Source: Eledone cirrhosa (lineage: Eukaryota). From it: a DNA stretch of 64,000 bases. The stretch is from contig OZ024750.1 in assembly GCA_964016885.1 (NCBI GenBank), forward strand, positions 54,622,001 through 54,686,000, given 5' to 3'. This document shows, piece after piece, positions 40,531 to 52,325 of the stretch (the stretch's first letter is position 1; each line of letters starts with the position of its first letter). The notes beneath the pieces are model-generated. The model was not told the origin of the DNA, searched no databases, and saw only the letters and a list, made by a program, of their open reading frames with translations. The translations under genes and the position numbers were made by a program.

Positions 40531-41730
40531 CCAGCTCTTTGTGCTGAGGAACTGCTTCACCATGCACTCCGCAGCGCTCCGTGCTACACCCAGACACCTC
40601 TCCTCACTGACCTCGATACTTGTATCCGAGCAGCAGCTGAAGAGATATGCAACGTCAAGTTTGACGACATAGGGTGGCAACAGGCCACTTTACCTGTCAG
40701 GTATATTGGCCTTGGCCTCCGGTCCCCGATCTTACTAGCTTTGCCGGCGTATCTTTCGTCGGTAACCTCGTGTCGCGTCCTCGTCAGCAGGGTTCTTCAA
40801 AACACAGCAGAACCCTCTGTGTTCAGAGAACGTTAGGCCGCCTGTGAGACGTGGGACCGGCTGGGACTTAGCCCAGTAGACGTCCCTCCTCCTTCTCCCC
40901 CTGTTGACGTCATGTCCCCCCAACGCACTTGAGATGCCATCCAGTGCAGCCTGGCCTCAGACAGGCTCACGCGCCAGCTCGACTAGCACCCCGTTGCTTG
41001 TTTTCGTGCGGTCTCCAAACCCCACAGTGGTGCCTGGCTCCATGCCCTGCCCTCCTTCTCCACTGGCACGCAGCTAGACAACCATAGCCTGCGAATCGGC
41101 GTTTCCCTGAGGCTCGGTCTCCGGATCTGCCATCCACACCAATGTCGCTGCGGTTCCACCGTGGACTCTTTCGGCCTCCACCCGCTTTCCTGTTGCCACA
41201 GTGCCGGCCGCATTCCACGCCATGCTTCCCTCAACGAGGTCATTAAGCGTGGCTTGGACGCTGCAGGCTTCCCTTCCCAGCTCGAGCCGGTGGGGCTGGA
41301 TCGAGGGGACGGCAAAAGGCCAGATGGCATGACCATCTTCCCGTTCCGCGGTGGCAAACCCCTCGTCTGGGATGCCACTTGCACCGACACTTTCTGCAGC
41401 CGCAACCTGGTGCAGTCTGCGACTGACCCAGGTTCTGCTGCACATCGGGCTGAGGGGACCAAACTCCTCAAATACCGGTCGCTCTCCGACAGGTTTGCGG
41501 TCGTACCTCTGGTAGTGGAGACTTCTGGTGTCCTCGGCCCCAGGACTACCTCCTTACTCACCACCATAGGCGCTGAGCTGGCCAGCCGCAGGTGTGAGCT
41601 CCGCGAGTTGGAGTGGCTCTTTCAGCGCGTCTCCCTCGCCGTCTTTCGGGGAAATGCTTTCTCCATTCTGTCCGCCGGGGCTGTGGGTGGGCCCCATCGC
41701 GTACCGTTGTAGTTGTTGTAGAAGAAACAG
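40531..41730 (+). mobile_element. GC-rich 3' fragment of a non-LTR retrotransposon with a restriction-like endonuclease (RLE; CRE/NeSL-like)
   Basis: ORF 41161-41712: H.LSC..GRIPRH..LN..EP..DGKRPDG..LVWDAT..VVETSG, a CCHC plus PD-(D/E)xK RLE signature. Confidence 0.8.
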
Positions 41731-41854
41731 GTTCCACTTGTATATTGTATATATATATTTTTTTTTTAATTACCCCACAGAAGGTTAATACATTTTACAG
41801 TAAGTGTAGAGTAGACTACAATAAAGAAGTGTAAAGCATAATGAGTAATGTATG

Positions 41855-42014
41855 CAGTGTCGGATTTGCCACAGTGCATACGTCTGCTTAAGGACAGGGC
41901 CTCGTTGGCCGTGGTGGCTTCGTGCTCTCAAAATTCTTTACGATGATTTTTCAAATGTTTGGGGCTTCGTAACTTAATTAGCACATGGCCTTATTTGTCC
42001 TAAATCCGGCACTG
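41855..42014. mobile_element. hAT-like MITE
   Basis: TIRs CAGTGTCGGATTT / AAATCCGGCACTG; imperfect 8-bp flanks aatgtatg / agtatatg. Confidence 0.6.
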
Positions 42015-43329
42015 AGTATATGCAAATAATAGAATTATGTGAACCACCGAAAATACAAAACTTATACATACATGCATACACACACACCGCCTGCTATCTG
42101 GCTTATGTGCTCGCCTAATTTGTAGGTTATTAGGTGGTTGGCAGGTTTCTGGAAGTTATTATTGCAAATGGTTAATGCACTTGCATCACAAATTCAAGAA
42201 GCGTCACACCTTCTTCATTTCTTGAGCCATAACCTTGCCTACCATGTACCCCAGTGTATCCAACTTGGAGCTGTTCAACATGACCATTGAAGTCCCCTGC
42301 TAGCATAACGATGTTTCCGCCTTCTGTCATTGTGGCTGTTTCTAAAAGTTGCTCGTAAAAGCAGTCTTTCTCTTCTTTACCTAGGCCCTCCTGGGGAGCA
42401 TAGGCAGAGATGATTGTCAGCAGTCTCCTGCCTACAACTAATCTAAGCTTAATTATTCTGTTACTAACTCTAACTACCTCTATTGTCTTATCGATCCATC
42501 TCTCAGCCAGTAAAATGCCTACTCCCCCTAACCCATCATCCTTACCTACCCAGAAAAGCTTATAACTAAGATGTTTTCCTGCGATTAGTCTCGCAGAGGC
42601 ACCTCTCCATCTCACCTCTTGCATGCAGCACACATCCACATGCCTTCTCTCCAGCATCTCGACTATCTCACCAGATCTACCTGTTAGAGTGTCAACATTA
42701 AGTGTGGCAACTCTGAGATGCGACGTCTTCATATTCTTGTTCTTATTCCTGTTGTGCGATTGCTTGATGACGGTCAGGAGGTTCTTGCACATGGCTGCAC
42801 CAGCCACCCCACTACCATGCTCAGCCCTAACATGGTTAGTGTTATTGCTGTTTACGCAGTTGTTGCAATTCTCATTTGTTGTGCTCATAGATTTTGGCAT
42901 TAATATATACTGGTTGGATGCCCTTCCTAACACCAGCACCGCTTTACAGCATGGGCTAGGTGCTTTTATTCGTGCCACTAGCACTAGAGAGTTTGTCTTA
43001 CTGGACTCAGGGGCCCTATCCACCCCTTCACTTTACAGCATAGACTGAGTGCCATCAGCACGAGGGATGTTGTCTCACTGGACTTAGGGGACTTCTCTAC
43101 CCCGCATCAATTTATTCGGAGTGGAAGCTCCCCTAGATGGGTTACCTACATTACGGCTTACGGAGCCTCCGCCCGCCCCGTGTCTGCGCTGAGAGGAACT
43201 TGGTTTAACGTGCTATGTGCACGAGTGTTTAGCGTATAGCGCCAGGCATGTATACCGGAATGTGATAAATAAAGGGCGGCTGGGTGGGATTTTAAGCACG
43301 GCTATTCTATATATGACCAATTTTCCGTT

Positions 43330-43403
43330 ACGAATATATGCATGTACACAACACACATATACATATTAACAGTTATATAATTTAAAATTACAAACAGACA
43401 TTA

Positions 43404-43439
<36 letters not shown>

Positions 43440-43581
43440 GAACAGACATTAGTACATATATCTGTTCGTATATATATATATATATATATATATAGATATA
43501 TAGATATATGTACTAATGTCTGTTTGTAATTATATAACTGTTAATATGTATATGTGTGTTGTGTACATGCATATATTCGTA
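43330..43581. repeat. Inverted repeat (about 80-bp arms) around (TA)n
   Basis: 43330-43410 is the reverse complement of about 43505-43581 apart from a small indel. Confidence 0.8.
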
Positions 43582-43904
43582 TGTTTATTTAATATATATA
43601 TATAGACATTAGTACATATATCTATATATATATATATTAAATAAACATCGAAAGAAGGAAATTGACAATTTTTCAACTTATCTTATTCTCTCTCTGTGTC
43701 AAATAATTATTTGATTATATTAGGCTGATTATAATCAGCCTAATATAAGACCATGTAAAGATATATGTATATATATATATATATATATCAAGATAAGCAG
43801 AACAAGTAAAATTCAACCAATTTTTCAAAATAAATCAAAATTAATATACAATTAAAATTAATCAAAATTAAAAAATATAATATAAATATTTACCTATTCA
43901 AATG

Positions 43905-43985
43905 GCCCTAACTGTACAGTTTCACGGTGCAAAACATTAAATATCACGGTGATATTAATGGAAAAGCAACGATCATCAGAGAAGC
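43905..43985 (-). ncRNA. Type I hammerhead ribozyme
   Basis: gcttct CTGATGA [tcgttgc..attaatatcac c gtgatatttaat..gcaccgt] GAAA ctgtacag TT agggc. Palindromic stem III; imperfect stem I. Confidence 0.7.
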
Positions 43986-44114
43986 ATTTTCCTGTCCTAG
44001 GGTTAAAAACCCCAGGAACGACAAAATATATGACCTACTCCAACTAATACAGGTCTAAAAGGTCGTGAAAGTGACCCGTAAATACATTGGTGTATAGTGA
44101 AGGCGGGAAATCGT

Positions 44115-44177
<63 letters not shown>

Positions 44178-44185
44178 ATCTATCT

Positions 44186-44548
44186 ATCTAAGGCGGGTAA
44201 AATTCCCGAGATCCATGGACGAGTTCTCTCCAGCGGTCTCTGTCCCTCATTATCGCTGCCATGTCCTGCGTCTCCAACAGACCAGTGTCTGTCCTTAGGG
44301 CATCAACATATGTTAACCTTGGTCTTCCTCTTCCAGTGTGTCCATGTAGGGGCTCCCAAAGGAGCACGGAGTGCAATGTCAACTCTGGATGTCGGTGAGC
44401 ATGTCCAGCCAACCTCAGTCTCCTCTGTGTCACTTTTGAGCTGACTTTTGGGAGGCTCCCATACAGCTCTGAGTTTTTCATCCTCAGTGTATACTGATTA
44501 ATGTTCAGAGCCATCCTCAGCATTCTCGTGTAGCACCCATCCACCATA
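44186..44548 (-). mobile_element. 3' end of an RTE/RTEX-like LINE
   Basis: DGCYTRMLRMALNI..RRLRLAGH..LLWEP..GRPRLTY. Confidence 0.75.
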
Positions 44549-44639
44549 AAGTTAAATAAAAAGTCAAATGATTAAAATTTAGCTTCGTTTATTACTGCGA
44601 TATATATTTCAGTGACAGCCATCTTTGGCTGTGACCTCA

Positions 44640-45755
44640 TATTCATTTTCATTACTTCATTTTCATTACTTCTGTATTAATGTCGTGGTAGGCTATAGGG
44701 TTAGCTTTCTTATATTTGGAAGTAATAGCGTTATGGGCCAGGTGGCGGAAAGTGGTGTTGTCGACTTCGTAAATATTATTAGTTTTGTCGGAAAGAACGA
44801 AAGTGTTATTAGAGGACCTAAATTTCTTAATATCATTTCTAAGTTTAGTTTGAAAGGTGTTAGGGTGTTTGCGAAAGGAAATGTTAGCGACTAAGTCAAG
44901 AAGGTCCGCCTCGAAAGGAGCAAGTTCAGTTACCTTAGGAGGGTAGGCTCTCGATTTCAGGTTGAAGGTGTTATTGGTGCCTGCAATTTTGCCGTCAAAA
45001 GTTAGGGCTCGCCATCTTAAGCGTCTGATGACATTTTCCGCTTTTTGTAAACATGGTTGGAAGGAGTGGGAATGTTCTTCAGGGAGTAATCCAGTTCGTA
45101 TAAATCCATACTGACGTTGATGAGACACACCCGCTGTCATTTATGAAGCTATGGTCACTTTCAACCGACCAAATCAGCCACAGGAGATAAAATCCTATGT
45201 GGGTATGGCGGAGGGCCAATTTAAGGAACGCTTCCTGAACCACCAGTCGACCTTTAGGTACCCGGACAGACGTTTATCCACGAAACTCGCGAGCCACGTA
45301 TGGTCCCTCAAGGACTCAAGTATAGACTACTCCATTCAATGGAAAGCCATCACTAAGTCCAAGCCATACGCAAGGGCAAATCCGTTGTGTTGACTATGTA
45401 TTGATGAACGAATAGATATTCTAAAGAGATTATGCAATAGTGATTGCCTAAACACGAGAAATGAATTCTTCACACGTTGTCCACACATCTCGAAACACCT
45501 CTTACATAGCTACAAAACTCCGGATTGAATCACAACATCCTAATTTTCTTATCAATTAGAAACTTTTCGGACTTTCGCAGTTATCTCCCTTACACCTCTC
45601 GCACGCTTTTTAGTATTGCCTGTGTGAAGTGACGGTTTCTGCGCATGCGCATTCGTACGGTTGTCCTTCCTGTTCCTTATAACCATAACCGAGGTGAGGA
45701 TCCGCTAAGGTGAAACAATTGTTCTCGGTATGGTGAACTAACTGTTGTGTAACCA

Positions 45756-45760
<5 letters not shown>
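44640..45760. mobile_element. Rearranged Naiad-like PLE: N-terminal part on minus (44652-45100), GIY-YIG end and pLTR on plus (45110-45760)
   Basis: IRRLRWRALTFD..SDKTNNIY (minus); IYEA..YVGMAEGQFKERFLNH..CxLC (plus); degenerate HHR at 45682-45734. Confidence 0.82.
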
Positions 45761-45805
<45 letters not shown>

Positions 45806-46142
45806 TATATATATATATATATGCATATATATATATATATATATATGCATATATTTATATATAAATGAAAAAACGAGATGTCCTACACGAGTGAAAGTAT
45901 AAGGAACAGAAATCGAAAATGCAACTGATGCGAGAAAAACCACAAACCCTCCATTTCAATTCTATTTTTGAAAAGCATAAGAACTGTGAAACTGGAAAAG
46001 GAAAATAAATATTCTTAAAAAGACTCCAGTTGCATTTTCGATTTATATGCATATATATATATATAACGAAGGAAATGTGGTAAGGAACCAGGTGGACCAT
46101 AATGCACCAAAGTATTCAATACTTCGGGTAGTAGAGTGGGTA

Positions 46143-46268
46143 ATAGGAACGAGTAGGACCCCGACGGCTGAGCTCAAGCCGTTTCGACGGCTAATTCTGG
46201 ACTAGACTAATTAGTCCAGAATTAGCCGTCGAAACGGCTTGAGCTCAGCCGTCGGGGTCCTACTCGTT

Positions 46269-46273
<5 letters not shown>
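46143..46273. repeat. Perfect 62-bp inverted repeat with a 7-nt spacer, containing the 3' half of a hammerhead on each strand
   Basis: Arms 46143-46204 and 46212-46273 checked base by base; right arm includes GAAA cggct-tgagctc-agccg TC ggggtcc. Confidence 0.92.
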
Positions 46274-46315
<42 letters not shown>

Positions 46316-46317
<2 letters not shown>

Positions 46318-46896
46318 CCAAGTACTCCACCTGTTTGCTGAAAATCATGAATGTTTGATTCTTATAGAATTTCTAGTAATAATCAGGAACTGATTATACA
46401 GAGCGGCTTTGATAAGTACCAATCAGTACGAAACATAGCTCTGTCAGCTTTATCTCCCCTGCTTGCTGAAAATTTAAAGTAAGCGAGACTGTCACTACTC
46501 TAAAACAATAGCATAAGGTCTTCGTAATGCTTTTAATTAAGCATACAGTGTATTGCAAAATACACTATATATACATTCATATATATATCGCTATTTCAGA
46601 GCGCCAATTCTAATTTCCAATTTCTGCTTGACCGGCAACCGCTCTGTATAATCAGTTCCTGATTATTACTAGAAATTCTATAAGAATCAAACATTCATGA
46701 TTTTCAGCAAACAGGTGGAGTACTTGACTTTGATAAGTACCAATCAGTACGAAACATAGCACTGTCAGCTTTATCTCTCCTGCTTGCTGAAAATTTAAAG
46801 TAAGTGAGACTGTCACTACTCTAAAACAATAGCATACGGTCTTCGAAATGCTTTTAATTGAGCATACAGTGTGTTGCAAAATACACTGTATATACA

Positions 46897-46900
<4 letters not shown>
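46316..46900 (+). mobile_element. Non-coding retrozyme-like element: 321-nt partial tandem with two hammerheads and a 5' inversion
   Basis: HHRs at 46405-46449 and 46726-46770 (TTGATAA gtac-caatca-gtac GAAA ca..tg TC agct). Direct repeat 46408-46585 / 46729-46900. 46316-46406 is the inverse of about 46639-46730. Confidence 0.7.
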
Positions 46901-46941
<41 letters not shown>

Positions 46942-47012
46942 ACAAACCCATATATATATATATATATATATAGTAAGAATATTTTCGAAACAGCGAGTGG
47001 GTTTGAAATTAT

Positions 47013-47454
<442 letters not shown>

Positions 47455-47770
47455 GCATATATAAATAGGTAAATAATGTAATGGAGATCGAGTGACGCAA
47501 CTTCGAGCGATTAGCGACCTCGAGACTCACCTGATCAATGAAACAATTGTCAATACCTGAAATAAAGCCCATTATTGTACAGCCAACCATGTTACTCTTC
47601 ATTCTTTCACTATTATTACTCCAATTATAACCTACATAGGAATTACCGCGAACTCGCTGCCTAACTATAGAAACATCTTGTTGAGTTAAACAAAGCCATA
47701 CGTTAAAACTATCCACGACGCAGAGTACCCACAACCTCTAACTGGATTACCTATAACGATAACTCGTTAC

Positions 47771-47824
<54 letters not shown>

Positions 47825-47880
47825 AATGATATTAATAAATGACTTTGAGACCCTTTATTTCTAGTCCCTGATATATATAT

Positions 47881-48001
47881 TAAAATAACAGATTAAAGTT
47901 TAAGCAAAGAATCGCTGCTTTCACCCTTAACGAGAGTTTCAGAAGATCCTGTTAAGGGTGAAAGCAGCGGTTCTTTGCTTAAACATTAATCTGTTATTTT
48001 A
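47881..48001. repeat. Inverted repeat, about 51-bp arms with a 19-nt spacer
   Basis: taaaataacagatt...acccttaac / gttaagggt...aatctgttatttta, with few mismatches. Confidence 0.85.
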
Positions 48002-48164
48002 GTAAATATTTGCTCTAGGGTTCTTATATATTTGATATATATTTATCCTTATCGAGCCCTCTTTCGATTTTACTCTTCACATTTATTATTATTACTTATA
48101 TATATTTATTTATTTATTTATTTATTTAATTGATAAAACAAGCAGCCAAATGCGTAAATCTGGG

Positions 48165-48733
48165 ACCTATTCTTAGCTCACTCTTGTTTATCATCATACT
48201 GAAGGCTATAACAGAGGAGTTTAAGACCGGGTGCCCATAGGAACTTCTATATGTAGATGATCTTACACTCATAGCTGTATCTATGGTGGAACTAGAAGAA
48301 ATTCTTAAAGGCAACCTGACAAAGACTAAGATCCTAGTAAGTAGAAGAGAAAACAGAACCCACATCCCTGCTCAGTATGTAGGAAAGGTGTAGGTAGAAA
48401 TTCCGTCCTCTTCCCCAAATGCAAACTATGTATACAGAAGAAATATAGTGGGATCCCAGGAAGTTTAGCTAAAAATGTAGTCTTTACATGTAGCAGCTGC
48501 ACCGGGAGAGTAAGCAGCAAACAACCAAAGAAAACAAGCACTGTCAAAGTCTGGGAGGTGTCTGTTGAAACAGTAGATAGTAGGCAGCTTCTGCTGCCTG
48601 GCTAACTGAATTAGCAGCAGAGGTGGGTGTTCTGAAAGTACAGTAGCCAGAATAAGAACGGGATGGAAGAAGTTCAGGGAACTTACACTGCTAGCTACAA
48701 AAGACTTTCCCTCAAAATGAAAGGCAGACTATG
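48165..48733 (+). mobile_element. RTE RT fragment
   Basis: Homologous to 34990-35580 (LY.DD region and PHD-like finger remnant). Confidence 0.8.
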
Positions 48734-48792
48734 AACTGCAATTTTTTGATGATTTCCTTCAAATGAAACAGTTCTAGGCCTGTATATATATA

Positions 48793-48823
<31 letters not shown>

Positions 48824-48882
48824 ATCGTTTTTGAATTTGTTTAGCAAGATTCTTTATCTGAAAACGTGTGTTGAAATCGATA

Positions 48883-50132
48883 TTGTTATACTTTGGGAGG
48901 GTCATGTTGCCAATAAGAAACACACGCACCAGTTGCTTTCACTTCAATTTATTATAATAAATTTATAAATTTAGGAATTTATAAATTTCCGGTTGGTTGG
49001 TTGGTTCCACAACCAGATGATTGTTTATATATTGTCAAAGTTCTTTCGTCACACATTCTGTGACCTCTTCAGTGACTGGGGATTCTTTTCTTTGTTTTTG
49101 TGCCTCTCCTTTGTTCTGTCCTACGCCATCTTGTTTTTGTGTGTGTGTTGTGTGCTTAGTTTGCGCATGTGTTACATCCGGGTGTCTGTGTGTGTTTATA
49201 TTCGTTTATTTATTTGTTTATTTACATGTTACTGGTTGGTTGTTGTTTTATGTGCGTGTGTGTTTTCATTTTGTCCTTAATTGTAAGTTGTGATGTTGCT
49301 GTTCCATTCATGTTTTCTATTTAATTTTGGCTGGAGTTCATTTATGTTTATTACCTCTGTGATTTGTCTAAACATTGCGTCTTTTCTGTGTGTAGATTCT
49401 ATTTTTATTTCTATGTTCTCTAATTTACCCTTATGTTCTATTTTAGCATGTTGGTAGAGTACAGATGATTCTTTACTATCTTGAAGGTCTCGCCAGTGTT
49501 CATTTATCCGTTCCCCTATACTACGAGCTGTCTCATCTATGTACACTATATTTTTATCTCTACATTGTCCTTCAGTACATCTTATGCTATATACTACATT
49601 TCTAGTTTTACAGTTAATATGGGGGCTTAATTTACAGATTATTCATTTCTTATCTATACAGGGAGTTCTTTGAAAAGGGTATGTATTGCTAAAATTAAAT
49701 AGAAAACATGAATGGAACAGCAACATCACAACTTACAATTAAGGACAAAATGAAAACACACACGCACATAGAACAAACAACCAACCAGTAACATGTAAAT
49801 AAACAAATAAATAAACGAATATAAACACACACAGACACCCGGATGTAACACATGCGCAAACTAAGCACACAACACACACACAAAAACAAGATGGCGTAGG
49901 ACAGAACAAAGGAGAGGCACAAAAACAAAGAAAAGAATCCCCAGTCACTGAAGAGATCACAGAATGTGTGACGAAAGAACTTTGACAATATATAAACAAT
50001 CATCTGGTTGTGGAACCAACCAACCGCAAATTTATAAATTCCTAAATTTATAAATTTATTATAATAAATTGAAGTGAAAGCAACTGGTGCGTGTGTTTCT
50101 TATTGGCAACATGACCCTCCCAAAGTATAACA

Positions 50133-50135
<3 letters not shown>
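48883..50135 (-). mobile_element. 5'-truncated PLE with 440-bp inverted arms, each carrying a minimal hammerhead
   Basis: GIY-YIG 49277-49690 (minus). Arms about 48883-49323 and 49695-50135. HHR gtca CTGAAGA g-gtcaca-gaatg-tgtgac GAAA gaac TT tgac at 49034-49076 (-) and 49944-49986 (+). Confidence 0.85.
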
Positions 50136-50165
<30 letters not shown>

Positions 50166-50273
50166 TATATATATATATATACATATATCAATCTAGCTAA
50201 CTTTAGTCGTTTACAATACAAACACGGATATGTTGGTATTTGTGTTTATCAAATATATTAATTTATATTAACT

Positions 50274-50365
<92 letters not shown>

Positions 50366-51079
50366 TAAAAAGGAAAAGAAAATGCTGACAAATTTTTCCC
50401 AGTGAACAATTTGTCAGGATGTTCTTTTCCTTTTTACTAATATATCACAACTCGTGTGTCACACTTCTATTTATATATATATATATACATCTTCCCTGCC
50501 AAACAGCACTCTTTAATTTTAAACTTAAACTTTTACATTTTTAATCCTTAATCTTAACTTTAAATTCTACCTTAAAACTTTATTATGACTATCAAAGATA
50601 TATTAAATTTTACATAACCTTCTACAAATTTTTAATCTTTAATCTTATTTTAAATTAAATCTTTCAATTCTAAACCTAAATTTTACATTTCTAATCTTTA
50701 ATCGTAATTTCAAACTCTACCTTAAAACCTTTTGGGTTCTGGTTCTGACTGTACATCCGTCCACTATATTTTTTTAGTAATTTTGACTAACGCCAACTAA
50801 AAATGTTTTTCTATGTAAACTGATCTCCTTTACCACTAGCATGTGTCCATTTGGCAGTGGGTGACTTCGCGGTAGTAGTGGAATGCACTATAAGCATACA
50901 GCCTCCTGACCAGACCACCAAGACGAAATTAAATAGATTCCTCACTTGAAGGTGGTCATCCAGACTGGCAACTACCGGCTCTGACCACCTCAGGTCTTAA
51001 ACATTTCTCTCTACTTTTCAGCCTCTTGGATCGTGTCTACCATTATTATATTCCTTTATTAGATAAATTGTGTACAATT

Positions 51080-51139
51080 AACACCTGATGATGTTACCAG
51101 GATACTACGGAACCTGGTCATTGAAATGTGCATAGTGTT
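51080..51139 (+). ncRNA. Type I hammerhead ribozyme in a pLTR-like non-coding block (about 50490-51200)
   Basis: aacac CTGATGA tgtt-accagg..cctggt-catt GAAA tgtgca TA gtgtt. Confidence 0.8.
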
Positions 51140-51475
51140 TGTAATAAATCTTTGAAGGAATTTCACCAGTTCAGCCTCCTGTCATTTTATTCAATAATAA
51201 TTAACTCCGCTCTCGCACCACCAACAAGATGCAACATAAACGAAGATGGATGAGTTGTATTACGTTGAGTGCTTTTCCTAATATTACATCATGGTTGACC
51301 AGTTCTATCCAGTGGTGAACCAACAAACCTAAATGAATATATATATATATATAAAATTAAAAAATTATCACTCTGCATGGCTGAATACAATAAATGTAAT
51401 CTGAGTTTTTCGAATATTAATAATTGTTTCTACTTTTGGCACAAGGCCAGCAATTACCCAGTGTATTACTGGTAC

Positions 51476-52325
51476 ATGTTTTGCGCATGTCTGTGGATAG
51501 GATTCAGGATAGGGGATACCAACTACAGCCTAGGAGAAGCTCACGCTACCCAGCAAAATACTTGACCGACACCGACTTTGCTGACGACATCGCATTGATC
51601 AGTTGGTCACTGGAAAATGCTGAGAGTCTTTTGAAGTCATTGGAGCAAGCGTCCAACTGTGTTGGACTGTACCTCAACGAATCCAAGACTGAGTGTGTGA
51701 ACAGATGCGCAAACAGCCCAAACTACCCCATCAGAACCCTTAATGGTACCACCCTTAAGCAGGTGGAAGATTACAAGTATCTTGGCTCATATATCTCCTC
51801 CAAAAAAGATTTTCTAACCAGGAAGGGTATGGCATGGTCAGCGTGCAATGACATGCACGCCATATGGACATCTCAACTTACCAACAAGCTAAAACTGGAA
51901 ATATTCCAAGCAACCATTAAGCAAATATTACTTTATGGATCCGAAACTTGGACACTAACATCACAACTTGAGAGGAGATTGGATGGCACATATAACCGCC
52001 TCTTAATGAGAGTGCAAAACCTATCCTGGAAACGACATCCCACCTTGTCTAAAATCTATGGCAAACTCCCTCGAGCCTCTGCCCCGGAGAGCTCAATTTG
52101 CTGGCCACTGTCACCGTGCCAGCAATGAAATCATATCCGCTCTCTTGCTCTGGAACCCTGACTCCAGCCTGACTAGTAGTAGGAAGCTGTCATTCCCTGA
52201 CGTTATCTCTAGGGATACGGGAATCAGTAGATAGGACCTGGGGGCAGCGATGGGGGACGGAATTTTGGGGTATGAGGGTGAGATCCATCATCTCGACAGT
52301 AGTCGACGAATGATGATGATGATGA
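51476..52325 (+). mobile_element. RTE/RTEX-like LINE 3' fragment inserted into a SINE (SINE halves 51420-51475 and 52326-52465, minus)
   Basis: ORF 51424-52128 has DFADD, YKYLGS and LYGSETW; (GAT)n tail; the SINE sequence is continuous across the insert. Confidence 0.85.

Larger units (their letters stand above)
38945..43310 (-). mobile_element. RTE LINE with probable 5' UTR, split by a 1.56-kb insertion (about 40531-42090)
   Basis: Endonuclease ORF 42172-43023 continues ..EHISQI / VLVRQRDRQMVSKTK across the insertion; RT fragments 39358-39900; (GAT)n tail. Confidence 0.88.

Noticed and set aside
43140-43310. Possible HDV-like ribozyme at the RTE 5' end
   Set aside because: A partial gcgct/agcgc helix exists, but I could not build P2, P3 and P1.1 by eye. 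It needs a descriptor search.
45385-45402. In-frame TGA in the GIY-YIG C-terminus (C*LC) as possible selenocysteine, as in selenoprotein-encoding Naiads
   Set aside because: The TGA is at the variable residue of CxLC (Arg or Asp in other copies), not at a Cys. It is most simply CGA to TGA decay, and I recognised no SECIS.
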